A DNA stretch of 64,000 bases from Octopus sinensis (Eukaryota). Under the pieces are notes generated by a model. That model was not told where the DNA came from and did not search any database. It was given only the letters and a program-made list of their open reading frames with translations. Below are positions 49,951 to 62,619 of this stretch, piece by piece (within the stretch, counting starts at the first letter, position 1; every line of letters begins with the position of its first letter). Location of the stretch: contig NC_043005.1 of the NCBI RefSeq assembly GCF_006345805.1, positions 22,816,001 through 22,880,000 on the forward strand, read 5' to 3'. The translations under genes were made by a program, and so were the position numbers.

Positions 49951-50369
49951 TCTCTCAAATAGTTATTCCAGTCAACCACGCAACTGGCTTTCATTTCAAG
50001 CTCACGTTCACAAAATTTGATACATGTCTTGCAAATGGACCCTTCCCGACTGAACTATCTTCGAAAAAGCTTTCTCAGAAAGAGAATATTTATTAAGATT
50101 TAACTCTACAACGCATTTCAAAACTTGCGGTGGTTATTTTATATTATGAAGATAGTATTTATATTAGTTCTTAAAATGTCCTAAATGTAAATTAATCTCA
50201 AGAAAAATTAATAAGACATATATAAAGCACACTTGAAAAAAAGAGATGGTTTTTATATATGGGAGATAACCCCTTTTTTTAATGACAATCTTTTAATGTG
50301 GGTGAGATAACCAAAAGGTACCAACGTTCTTACTCTGTTGGGAAGAAATCTCGAAATAAACTGAATAAT

Positions 50370-50990
50370 GACATACATCCATACTTTATGCACGAGATGA
50401 AAAAGAGCCTTGACCTAGTTGCAACATTCTCAAAGGGTTAGAGTTTGGTCAGAAGAAATGTTATTATATGGTTGTGAAGACGGGGAAGAACTGTAAACAA
50501 GATTAGCAACATCTCTATCAATGACTTGGTTGTTTCCCCTACATCTGATGAGGAACGTTACAGGTATCTAGGAGTAAATAAAAACATATCTTTAGTGTAT
50601 CACTAAAGAATATTACAGCCAAATAAAAAAAAATTTGAACCTTATAACACTCTACATTTAATAAAGCAGTGGCCCACAATTTATTCGCAGTGCCAGTACT
50701 CATAGCAACATTTGGTCCGCTTGATTAGGTGCTTGATGAGATAGGAGCTATTGATGTGAAAACGTGAAAAATCTTAACAAACACACATAATTTCTACATA
50801 AACAGTGACATAGACTGCCTCTACCTAAAGTGAAAACAAGGCAGGAGAGGCTTAACATCGATCCAAAATATCGTATCATATTCCTTCAGCAATATCTTTT
50901 AACCACCAAGTCTCGAAGTGCATCCTTTGACCAAGTCTGCCTACGTGAGGCTGATAATATCATAAGACTGGGAAGGAATTTTTTTATACG
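50370..50990 (+). mobile_element. R4/Dong-like LINE, RT thumb fragment
   Basis: LEFGQKKC, YRYLG, NKAVAHNLFAVPVL, NSDIDCLYLK..QGRRGL. Confidence 0.82.
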
Positions 50991-51159
50991 TCATTCTATC
51001 TTATAAATATTTCCCATAGCAGAATAGCATATCTAAACTGAAAATGAAAAGCTAAAATTTACAAGTCCTTACTGAACAAAACTTACAAAGTAACATTAAT
51101 ATTGTTGCAGAGCCTACAACAATAATTTTTTCTTTAAGACCCGAGGACTTATTTCTTTT

Positions 51160-51275
51160 AAGTCTAGTACTTATTCCATCATTGTTGTTTGCTGAACCGC
51201 CAAGTTATTGGGACGTAAACACACCAGCACTGGTTGTCAAGCGGTGATGAGGAGACAAACTCAGACACACACAGA

Positions 51276-51339
<64 letters not shown>

Positions 51340-51410
51340 GCATACATATGATGTATATTCAGTTTCAGTCTACTGAATCCACACACAAAGCAACCCAAGG
51401 TAGTGGAAGA
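51160..51410 (-). mobile_element. SINE family B fragment
   Basis: Reverse complement of GTTTACGTCCC..TAACTT.GCGGTTC and TTGACAACC. Confidence 0.8.
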
Positions 51411-51429
51411 TACTGGAACCATGTGAAAT

Positions 51430-51600
51430 AAAAAACACCGGAAAGCTATTCAATAACACAGGGAAACAACAGACTCAGTTCACTGGACACCATATGAGAA
51501 AAAAAAGTTTTGAGCACTTGGTGACAATTGGGAAACTGAAAGAAAGAAATCAGGGAAGCCAGTAGCACTTGAAAGACTGACCCAATAATGTGCTAGAAAG
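51430..51600 (+). mobile_element. RTE-like 3' fragment
   Basis: FEHLVTIGKL, similar to the RTE C-terminal LEHLVTTGK motif. Confidence 0.45.
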
Positions 51601-53476
51601 ACTACCCCAATAATGTACTGTGTGTTAGATATAGGGGCAGGGAAGGCCAAGACTGTTAGAAGAAAGAGATTTAACCAAGTGTTTCTGGAATGGACTTAAA
51701 AGGAATGAGTTTCGGCAATGCCTAATCAATTCTTAAAAGCATGGTTTCCACAAGTGTGAAAATATTTAACATAATGAAAAAAATGATCATGAAGATATAT
51801 AAGTATTTAAAGTGAAATAGAAATAAAACATTTGTAAAATGTAGAATTTTCATAGCTGCTGCATCACATCAGATATATGGATATAGTAATATAATAACAT
51901 AACATTGTAATAATTTAACATATAGCATAATAACAACATAATAATCACATAATAATATAACAGCATAACGTATAGTAAAAACAGAGCAACTTATTAACAA
52001 AATTATAACAATATAAGATAATAATATAGTATAGTTGCTGTATAATTAGTACTTACAAATTAAACTCTACAGTTTATATTTAGCTCAATTTGTTTCTGTG
52101 TACTTCTGATTGAATCTTGAAAGTTAGACAGGAGAGGAATAATCAACAGATAGTACCTTACTATCTTTATTGTTAGCTCCAAGTTGTCCCTGATCTGGCA
52201 GACAGACCTATGATTCCATAAATGTCCTTAACAGTGGGAAATGATATATTTTTAAATACAGTGGGGGAGTTTGCAACAGGAATGAATGCTCTTCAAGTTC
52301 ACAAATCTGAAGATATCAATGAGATAGTAATTGTTCTCTGCTTCTAGGTTTTTACTTATTAAAAACTGCTATCTCACAAATGTTCTCTTCCTAGGTATTT
52401 TAACACTACAATTCTTGATCACTTCTTTCTGAAAGATAAACCGTAAGTCATTAATTTATTGACAGAGATAAAATTCATTGAAAATGCTATGCATAGTTAA
52501 TGTATTATGTATTAGCAGTAGATGTTGATTCAGAAAATTGTGGAAAGCAAGCAACCAGGTAGACTGAATAAAACAGAACCTGTTACGTTTATTGCTTAAG
52601 TAATATTAATGGTTTTCAATTTCTCCCCAATTTTCTGAATGACACTATGCACTGAATAATATATTACCAACTATGAAAAAATTATATATGTAAATGTATT
52701 TTACCTGACACAGCTGGTCATTTATTTAAGATGGCAACTTTCATTGTAAATACCAGTTAGTTTTGTTTAATCAACTGTAAAATAATTATTAGAAGAACCA
52801 GTAATATATCAATATTTAGATTTACCATAGATAATGACAGTCCACTCTGGGCCTTCAATTTCTACTTGATAAAGGAGCAAAGAATACATTACAAAACATT
52901 ATCACCAACTGTAAAAAAAGGCACAAAAATAGATTACCTATACAGTGGTAACTGATCATGCAAAGGGCAATATTCACCAACCCACATAATTTCTTCTACA
53001 AAGTGTGCAATTATTCCTAAACATGCAAACACACTGTGATACCTATTTCAACACCCCTGAATAATACAACATACCTATGGCCATAACTACAACATCATCT
53101 TATAAATACCATCTCCCCTTGCTCAGTCCAAGTAAAAATAAATATGCACAAACATCTCAGAAGTAATTAGACACCACATGTTATAACATTTTAACAGTGT
53201 GGATATTACTCATAAGTACAATCCCCAAACTGGTTATATAATTTTTAAAAAACTGCACAAATCATGTCTACCAAATATTTGATTAATTATTTAAAAGCAT
53301 CAAATGACACTAGTTTGCTTTAAAAAAATAATTCTTTCAAACATGATAGTGTCTATTTACTTTAGAAATGTCTATGTATATACAAAACTATGAGAAAGTA
53401 ACACATAAATCGATTTACAATTTACCAACTAAAAATATTGACCACCTCACATCAGAATTTAAACACTATTTACTAT

Positions 53477-55022
53477 TGTAGCAATAACCATTTTAGCCAT
53501 TTTGAAATGTGGCGCGAATTGGCAATATGACGTAATGTCGTATTGCCGAAGAGTTATCATTTTCGTTTTTTTCCATTGGTTAATATAACTGCTCATATAA
53601 AGATTCTAGAAGTTTCGAAAAGAATATCTGTCATGGATTTCGATTCTTTTTAGTCAAGTTGAGCAGTTATAAAAACCCTGGATTTTGGAAGATAGTTCAG
53701 TGTTCATTGGTAGTCACTCAACTCCACGTCACTCACTCTTTTGGAGACATCGGTAATTTTTATGCCATGTCCAAGTTAATCACAAATCTATTTTGATTTG
53801 TTGGTTAATGTATTAGATAGAAAGAAGAAATTAGCTAAGGAATTAATAGTCGTTTTTCTCCGCGACAAAGTTATCTTTCTTACTGTAAAAAAATATAAAA
53901 TGTTATATTATATAATAAAAATAATTAAAAGGAAATGTTTCTCTTCATGTTTGTTTTTCAACTGAGCATAGATAAATATGCATTTCTGTAATCTTTGATT
54001 TATGTTTTTTATAGCGGTTTAAAGGACACGATTAAAATATTCAACATACATTGTCGTTGATGTAGCGTTCCATGCATATATGTCTCTATGATGTTATAAC
54101 TGTAGTTAGGGTTTTAGATATAATGATAACACTTGAGTATAAGTGACGTTGAATCATTATATTCTCCCTTACGCAGAGAGAAGACAGAATAAATAATATA
54201 ACCTAAGAGAAAGCTTAAGGTAGAATAACCGAAAACCTCCGTAGGAAAAGTGGTGACCCCGACTAAAACAGCCTATAGGAAAACCTATAGAAAAAAAAAA
54301 TTTTTTTTATAAAAAAAAAAAATTATAAACACCGACAGACTGGTGGAAAATTTAATAATATAATAAACATTAATTACAGAATTATTGCATAAATACTTTA
54401 TTAACAAATAGTTAAAAGTAAGTTGAAACAAAAAAGAATGCTGAAGAAGAAACTTTAGAAGGAAAATTTTAGCTGCACTTTCTAGCAATATAAAAATATT
54501 TTGAGCTGTTAAAAGCTTAGTAACATAATGAGAAAAAAAAATTTTCCTTTGAGAAAATATTTATACATATAATGGAGCAGAATTTAAAAGAATTTGAGAT
54601 GTCATATTTCGATAGAAATTACACACAAGCTTCTGGACAGGAGATACCGTCATTTGGTTGGCACAACTGGAGGTAAGCTTTAAAGCTAACAAAATTACAA
54701 ATGAAGAACAAAAATACAATATAATGCTTAGCAATTTACCTCCACCTCTAAGTAAAGAAATTAGAGATTTGCTACTAAACCCTATCGAACCAGTTTTGTA
54801 TTCTTCCATTAAAAGGGAAATATTGAAACGAACATCAAATTCAAAACAAAAAGAATCGAAATCCATGACAGATATTCTTTTCGAAACTTCTAGAATCTTC
54901 ATATGAGCAGTTATATTAACCAATGGAAAAAAACGAAAATGATAACTCTTCGGCAATACGACATTACGTCATATTGCCAATTCACGCCACATTTCAAAAT
55001 GGCTAAAATGGTTATTGCTACA
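53477..55022. mobile_element. TIR element (175-bp TIRs, TGT...ACA, 4-bp TSD CTAT) containing a Gypsy LTR, PBS and gag fragment
   Basis: TIRs 53477-53651 and 54848-55022 differ at 2 positions by eye; TSD 53473-53476 and 55023-55026. Confidence 0.9.
54061..54860 (+). mobile_element. Gypsy 5' LTR candidate, PBS (TGGTGACCCCGAC at 54251) and gag N-terminus
   Basis: AQLEVSFKANKITNEEQKYNIMLSNLPP...EIRDLLLNP...LKRTS matches the Gypsy gag N-terminal domain. Confidence 0.8.
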
Positions 55023-55869
55023 CTATAAGTCTTGAAAACTTACAGTTTATTTTAACTTAAACTCTTTATAACAAAAAGGATTTGAACCTTTTCTTTTAAG
55101 ATCTGTGTATGTACAGATATTTGTGTACATACAGTGAGAAAACTGCAGTAATACCCAGAATCTTCCACCTCCATGTCACCTTTTGTATGGGTGGAATTTT
55201 GTCTTGTCTGTGGTTTGCAACAAGTTGTTCTATAAGAACTTCCAGTTTTCCTCTATGTCTCCATCTCATCCTCAATTTTTGTGAAATTTTCAAATTTGTG
55301 TTTCTCTGAATTCTTGCCTATTCAACAGTTCTTCAGGTTTCTATAACTTTCTTCTCCAACTTGTCTTGTGTCTCTGAATTGACACAGCTCTTACTCTGAA
55401 GTCACTAGTTACTAAGCCATCTCCAGAGAAAAACTTAGCATTTACAACTATCAGCCTCTTTCATTTCCCCAAGAGTATGAAATCTTGTGTGTTCGCCTGA
55501 TTGTAGAAAATCAAATGATTTTGGTTGGTTTGTAGAAGTAAGTTGCAAATTATCAAGACATTAAAGCTGGGCAGATGGATCTATAATACACAAATGGGGA
55601 ATGTCATCCTTCTCCAAGGTAAAAACATCATGCTCAAATACACTATACCCAGCAATTTTCTCTTTTTATATTTTGTGCATGCAAGTGTGATAATGTTTAT
55701 GTACAGCATTTTTCTTTCCACATTTAACTTTTAAATATATGATATTAAAAAAATTTAATGTGAAAAAGCTTCCAATTCAGCCAGTGTAATTCATGTTTTA
55801 AATTGAATGAATGAATTGAACAAAGTAGTTATAATAATGATTTTCACTATTGATACAAGTGAAACAATA

Positions 55870-56060
55870 ACAGACCTCCATTACCAGGCATGACTATATG
55901 GTAAAAAAGATTGCTTCATTCTCAAGTAGTTTAAGGTTCAATTCCACTGCACAGAACTTTTGGTAAATTTTAGTCTCAAATGCTTTGTGAGAGTAATTTG
56001 GTCAGTTAGACATCTCATCAAGCTCATGCATATATACATGTATCTTTGTGTATTTGTGTC
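55870..56060 (+). mobile_element. Degraded SINE family B
   Basis: GGCATGACTATATGGTAAAAAAG...GGTTCAATTCCACTGCAC head. Confidence 0.6.
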
Positions 56061-56880
56061 CATGTGAATGTTTGTTACAGCATCAGTTGTCAGAACCAGA
56101 TTTGTATAAAAAAGAGTGTAACTCAGTGAATGATTCAACAAATCTATATCAATGTCATACCTCAGACTAAAATAAATACCTATGTCCATGATATCGACTA
56201 AAATCCTTCAAATTGGTACCTCAGCCTTGTCACAATCTAATTACTGAAGCCAGTAAAAGAATAAAATAATATCCTGTAACTATACCAACTTAAGAGAATG
56301 ATTTAAAGAGTATACACCGATATTAACTTTACTAACTCAGAAGGAATACTTTCTCCTTAGCCAATATTTCTTCCAACAAAATAGTAGGGAAATATCTGAA
56401 AAGTATCCATTCAAAAGAGACAAAAGCAACATTTGGAAAACCAACGTGTGGGAAATTGTATTTCACATAATGACAAAACACAAAACCATTCAAGTTCAAT
56501 GATAAGATTGTACAAACATGTTTGGGATGACAAACACTGATCCTAGACAGAATAACCATACTAAAAACCTAGTATGATGTATCAATTCAGCTTTATAACA
56601 TCTTATTTAGAGGTTTACTCCTATGCAAACCAGGAGCAAGAAATTTCTACCACATGTCTGCTCAAAAGGTAGAAAGCAGCATCTGACAACAAAACTAAGC
56701 CATACAAAAACAAAACTGAAGATATTAGTGACAATATTGCTGACTGCAGAGAATTTCTTTGAGTATCATTTCATAAGATATGATGTGGTAGACAGCAACT
56801 TTTAGTATATATAAAAAAAACACAGTCAAACATATTGAAACAGATGGCTCAAAAGAACATTGGTGGAAGAGAAAAATAAT

Positions 56881-57094
56881 ATTTACATTATTTACATTAT
56901 TTATATTTGACGGATATTTGTCCTCATTTTGTTTGCTAACACGTTTTGGCTGATATACCCTCCAGCCTTCACCAGGTGTCCTGATGAAGGCCTGAGGGTA
57001 TATCAGCTGAAATGTTGTGTTAAACAAGATGAGGACAAAAATCTGTCAAATGCAAATAATGTACATAACTGCTCATCTCTTAAATATAGAACTG
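56881..57094. mobile_element. Second palindromic pLTR element without the tRNA centre; both hammerheads decayed
   Basis: Arms meet at GGTGTC|CTGATGAAGG; same family as 12209-12615. Confidence 0.88.
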
Positions 57095-57124
57095 TATTAG
57101 AAAAATAATATAAACAACCAAATT

Positions 57125-57370
57125 AAAACACAACTTACCTGGTGTTGTATATGATAATAAAATAGAAACATGCTATTGTGGAAATCATTTCCCGACATGT
57201 GTTAATGTGCTAAAAATAAAAGACCTGCACACCAAATACACTTTCGGCATTATAACTGTTATCATTGGAGCAATGATCTGCTTGGATTAACCTGGGTTCT
57301 TGATTAAAGAATATAGCTCCATAATTCATACCCCACAGAAGATACGTCCCCTTGGTCATGTCAAAAACGA
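57125..57370 (+). mobile_element. R4/Dong-like restriction-like endonuclease fragment
   Basis: Degenerate PD-IV..D..K..CYIVEIS.P and TVIIGA motifs. Confidence 0.5.
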
Positions 57371-58199
57371 TAAAAATCTTCTGGACCTTAAAATTCAAAG
57401 CATAAATGATTGTGCAAAAAACAAAACAAACATATTGTATGCATATCTTTCCTTAACAACCTTGCCACTGAACAGATGGCCAGTCAAATAATCTACCAAA
57501 CTCCAGTTAGGAAAAGAAAACAACACCTTATTAGCCGGTAGAATTACAAGAGATTTAGGAAAATACTTTATGATATTTTCTGGCTCTTGACATTCTGATT
57601 TCAAATCCTTCCAATATCAACTTTGCTTTTCATCTTTTCAAGGCTGAAAGAATAAAGAACCAATCAAGCCAATGGAATCAGCTAACCCACTCCTTTCAAA
57701 AATGTCTAACCCTCACCCTAAATCAGAAACCATTATTATCATTATGTTGTTTTGTTTTATACAATCTCTTCCTGAGTTTCACCAGAGACTTCAAATAATA
57801 GCAAAGTTGGACATTTTACTGTGGGTTTTAATCATGAATAGCAATGACATATTCCAAGGAAAGGAGACCAAATATTCAGAATTAAAATTCCATTAAGAGT
57901 TTGTGGTAATATTTGTGATTTTACAAGTTTCATGTATTCTGAAAGTATTGACCTTCGGATATGGGCTGTACTCATCCTCATTATCATTTTTTAACATCCA
58001 TTTCCCATTCTGCCATGGGAGCAATTTTTTGTAGTTTTGACACTTTGCAATTTCCTGGTATTTAACCATATTATTTGAGAATACTATCTGGTAACATACC
58101 TAAAGCTCCATTTATCACAGATACACTTGTCATTCTTAGATGCCACATTTTTGAAATCTCTATTTCAAGGTTCTTGTATTTAATTAACTTTTCAAATAT

Positions 58200-59370
58200 T
58201 TTCACTCAGGTGTTGTAGTCTGCTAGGTTTGATGTATCTCTGAGCATACATTCTGTCAATGAGATTTTTCACCACAATAACTGTTCTATTGGCCAGAATA
58301 GCTTGATCTGTTTGAATACCAAAATCCCAGAGAATAGTGACAATGTCTACTTTCTACTATTTTGGTAAACTTATATTCCCACCAGTTCTTCTCATATGGG
58401 AGTCCAAATTGTTGGTAAATAGTCCAGTGCAAATACTGACCAAGTCTATTATGGTGATTAGTATACTCAGTTGTGGCTAACATAAGACAACCAGAGATTA
58501 GATGATCAGTTATTTGTCTGTTCATACCCCAAAAGTGGTAGGAAGGATCAGCACTATTTTCACAAATCTTGGTTTGGTAATTTCTAGTTGACAGATCTTG
58601 AGTTGCTATGATGAAGCCCTCTTTTTCTGATTTACATTCAGATGCAGACACACTAATGAGTAATATTTATATCAATATCAGAATCACTGACCCTTGTAGA
58701 GTATTTACCATGTAGTACCTTCATTTTCCATCTATTATGCAACTCCAAAATATCATTTGATTTATATATTTCTTTGTGTCTTCTGATTTTGTGTGTATTT
58801 TCTTAGTACTTTCATGCTTGCAGATTAGTTAAAGCATTCACTCACTAGTGTCTTTTAGATAAAGGTCTAACTCATGGTTGCTGTCTTTGACACAATTGCA
58901 GTCCACATCCTCTATCTTTTCAAGGAATATATACTTTGTCTTCATCTACCTTTGGGTGATGTGTGTAAAGCATTGCAAGAAAATTGCATATATTTGTGAT
59001 AATCTTATTGATGGACCTTTTTATATTAAAACCGCATATCACAACAGGTATAGCTAGGGTATTGGTGGCCTCAGTCCTGTTTCTTGCATAAAATTTGCTT
59101 TTTAGGCTAGCTCTAACTTTAAGATTGCATTCTTTCAGTAGTTTCTCATGCATTCATATGCACTGGATGCCACCCCACTCACAGCACATAAACATTTGTA
59201 CTTTCTTGAGGATCTAATTCCTTGATTACAATATTTTTTTTGTCTAGCTGTTTGTTGTGCATTCTTTATGCTTTATCTTAATCCTATTATTCTTTATCCT
59301 TTAGAAAATGTGGCTTTAGCACATTTATCAAGGCCAAATTCCATTTTAATATTGTTACTAAATTGTTGTT
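58200..59370 (-). mobile_element. R4/Dong-like LINE fragment (thumb to zinc knuckle)
   Basis: EGFIIATQD..TRNYQ, DHLISGC..LA.TEY..HN, NTLAIPVV, MEFGLDKCAK. Confidence 0.88.
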
Positions 59371-59554
59371 ATTATTACCATTGTTATTGGCAGAATTGTT
59401 AGTATGCCAGAAAGAAATATATATATACAAGGTATTGAAGGCCATTCTACAAAATGCTGAAACTTATGAAGATGACAGAGGACTGAGACATGTGATGCAT
59501 TGCTGTATTCTAGAAGACCCACCCACCACAACAGAATTGAGATTCTAAAACCAA

Positions 59555-59815
59555 AGTGCCACATAAAAGCACTAGTGTGAGTGCTAGTGCCACATAGATA
59601 GCACTGGTGTTGGTGCCACATAAAAAGCGTGGGTGATGGTATCACATACAAAGCAACCAGTACACTCTGTAAAGTGGTTGGCATTAGGAAGGGTATCCAA
59701 CCATAGAAACCAAGCTAAAACAGACTATGGAACCTCTAACCTTGCCAGTTCCTGTCAAGCATCCCAACCCATGCCTGTGTAAAAAACAGATAAAATGTTG
59801 ATGATGATGATGATA
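59555..59815 (+). mobile_element. RTE-tail-type SINE or 3' UTR repeat
   Basis: GTGGTTGGCATTAGGAAGGGTATCC...(GAT)n. Confidence 0.75.
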
Positions 59816-60210
59816 TATAAACACATGAAGATGATACACACATGCATGGACACACATACGTACCAACATACATACATACATACAACAAAAATATGAATGG
59901 ATAAAATCATATCTTTAATTTGTGGCTCCACCATACGATGCCAACAATCATTTCTGGTGCATCATCATATTTAGATACAGAAAATATCAGTCAAACTAAT
60001 ATATACAAAATACATATTAATACGTTATCAAGGCAATCCAAAATTGGTTAAATTGAAAGCAAACTAAAAAAATATCTTTAGTAGACAAAGGCATACAAAA
60101 AGAACATTTTCCACAGTTGTATCACTTTGTACTCTTTTAACACTGAGTGCTTTACTGATATCTGCCTGGAGGTTTTAGTCCCTTTTTCTTATATATATTC
60201 ATACATACAT

Positions 60211-60492
60211 CCGTTCATGGCCGTTGCCAGCCTCGTCTGGCCCCCGTGCCGGTGGCACGTAAGAAGCACCATCCGATCGTGGCCGTTTGCCAGCTCCGTC
60301 TGGCACCTGTGCGGGTGGCACGTAAAAAGCACCCACTACACTCACGGAGTGGTTGGCGTTAGGAAGGGCATCAAGCTGTAGAAACACTGCCAGATCAGAC
60401 TGGGCCTGATGCAGCCTTCTGGCTTCACAGACCCCAGTTGAACCATCCAACCCATGCTAGCATGGAAAGCGGACGCTAAATGATGATGATGA
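60211..60492 (+). mobile_element. RTE-tail-type SINE or 3' UTR repeat
   Basis: GGCACGTAAAAAGCACCC...AGGAAGGGCATC...CCAACCCATGCTAGCATGG...(GAT)n. Confidence 0.85.
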
Positions 60493-61563
60493 TATGTACA
60501 CACACACACACACACACACACAAGCATTCACACATAAGCAATATCTATTTTATGCACAACACATTAGAACTGAAATGATTTTGATTATTAGAAAGCCTTA
60601 CAATGGGCAGTAATAAGAGTGTAAATACATTCTTTGTTTTAATCTGATGAATAGAAATGTTTATTGGCTGCTCTCAGAAAAAAATATATCTGACTTCCTT
60701 AGGCACAGAAAATTATATCAGTCAAATACCAAAATATTAGCCACTTTCTGAACCTTGATTCAAAATTCATACATTAAATTCACATGTATAATGAATTGGA
60801 AATTATTTTACCTTTTGTATTCAATAATTTATTATCTGTAGTTTTAGTCCGGGTGTGTAGTTTTTATGTTGCCCATCTGAATTGATCTAGTGTTAATGAT
60901 TATGACTTTATGACCTAATTTCAAATTTAGATTGTTCATTCTTGATTTCTTTCATCAATTAAGGATTAGTTAATGTTTGTTCTTAAGTTGCACTATCTTT
61001 GAAAATTCATTTCATCATTGTTATCATCATCATCATCATTTAATATCTGTGTTCCATGTTGGCATGGGTTGGATGATTCAACAGGCTCCAAGAAGCCAGG
61101 GGACAACATGTATTTTGGTTTCTTATATAGTTTCAGTAATCAGTTTTCTAGTTTTATCTGGGATGTGGGTGGATTGATTCTATATGAAACGGTTGTATTT
61201 GCCAATTAACATATTTTTATTTAGTTTTTATGTTTCATTGAAGCACAATATGTTACAGATACACATTTAAAAGATCAATATAAAATATAATGTCATGAAA
61301 TTAAAATTTGTTTGTATACAGATTTGAAGTTTATTCTTCAGCTGATAGAATTATTCAGTTGTTAAGGATTTTATTGTTTTTTTTTAATGTGTGATATATT
61401 ATTAGTGTTAGTTTATGAATGGATTTAATGTATGAGATGTTCAACTTTGTAATGAAACTAAACATCAACTGAATCAAATTCATTTGTTTGGGAAGGCTTA
61501 CAAAAGTGATAGATCTCTCTCATTCTCAAATTAATTATAAACTAGTTAACTTGTCTATAGATC

Positions 61564-62118
61564 TGTAGTGACGTCATATTCCAGTGTGCGTACACGCAAC
61601 GTCATTCTTCAGTGTGCGTGTGCGGAACGTCACCTTTGTAGTGACGTCATGTTCCAGTGTGCGCACACACAACGTCATTCTTCAGTGTGCGTGTGCGGAA
61701 CGTCCTTCTTCAGTGTGCGTGTGTGGGGTTGGAACCTTCTGGAAAGGCATAAGGAAGTTCCCTCATGCACATGCGCTAGAGACTGAAGAAGAAATTTCTA
61801 TTCGCGTTCCTTAATAGCGTCGGGGACTTGAGACACGGCGATAGAAGAGAAAGGACGTATTTTCATACGTGTGATCAGCCTATTCTCCTGTCCCAGACGC
61901 TTAGGATTTTAACCTGTTCTATTGCTGCTGAATTGTTGTAAGAAGCTTACAAAAGTTAGAATTCAGCCTTGCTGTGTTGAACTAGGTGGATACCAGTATA
62001 CCATCATGTTTCATTGTTGATTAAGAGAATAAAGAATTGTATATATGTTTAAACTTGCGTTTCGTTCCTGACTGGTAGTTTCTAGAAACAAAAAATGTCG
62101 GGCTAAGAGATCCTTACA
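61564..62118. mobile_element. Solo LTR (555 bp) with 4-bp TSD GATC
   Basis: TGTAG...TTACA termini; TSD 61560-61563 and 62119-62122; internal 73-bp duplication; AATAAA at about 62028. Confidence 0.88.
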
Positions 62119-62214
62119 GATCCTTAACCAAATTTTCAAGAAATTATGTCATCTTTAAAAAAAATGAAGAATACATTGGATAATGTATATTATGTCTGGA
62201 AAAAAGACAAGAGG

Positions 62215-62577
62215 ATGTGCTTAGAGTGCTTTTAACTAGATTTTGTTATTCTTTTTTTTAATACACACCGTTGGAGCTGCCCATTTTACTTATTCCACTT
62301 TTTGGATGACTCCAATTTTCTCTAATCTGTCTAATTGTTCATTGATATGTTTTATTACAGCAAAAGGTTCCATTCTTTTAGGTTTGAACACTGGTACTGT
62401 GTTTTCCTTAATTTGGAAATATGTCTCTATCTTAGAACACAAACCTAATTTATCTAACAACCTCGACCCAAAATATGGTGCAAAGTCCCCTCTTGACCCA
62501 AAATATGGTGCAAAGTCCCCTCTCGGCCCAAAATAACGTTGTGGTGGAACAATGCTGTTGACAGGGCTATTAGACAA
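62215..62577 (-). mobile_element. Gypsy pol fragment (start of RT)
   Basis: LGLCSK...FQIKENTVPVFKPKR..PFA...QLDRLEKIGVIQKV. Confidence 0.85.
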
Positions 62578-62619
62578 AAGAAACTGGCTTGGTAGGACTG
62601 GAAGAACGGTGGTAGCAGG

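Larger units (their letters stand above)
47264..50322 (-). mobile_element. Merlin (IS1595-like) DNA transposon with ~300-bp TIRs and nested inserts
   Basis: Termini GGTACTTTTTGGTTAT and ATAACCAAAAGGTACC; degenerate TSD (TCGGTTCT / AACGTTCT). Confidence 0.85.

Noticed and set aside
52820-53200. Series of exon-like blocks with GT/AG signals
   Set aside because: The implied introns would be 18-26 nt and all frames contain stops.
55120-55190. DSGYYC immunoglobulin-like motif
   Set aside because: No upstream Cys/Trp framework in an open frame; more likely decayed LINE sequence.
61564-61710. Repeat-spacer pattern resembling a CRISPR array
   Set aside because: It is a simple tandem duplication with no unique spacers, inside an LTR of a eukaryotic genome.
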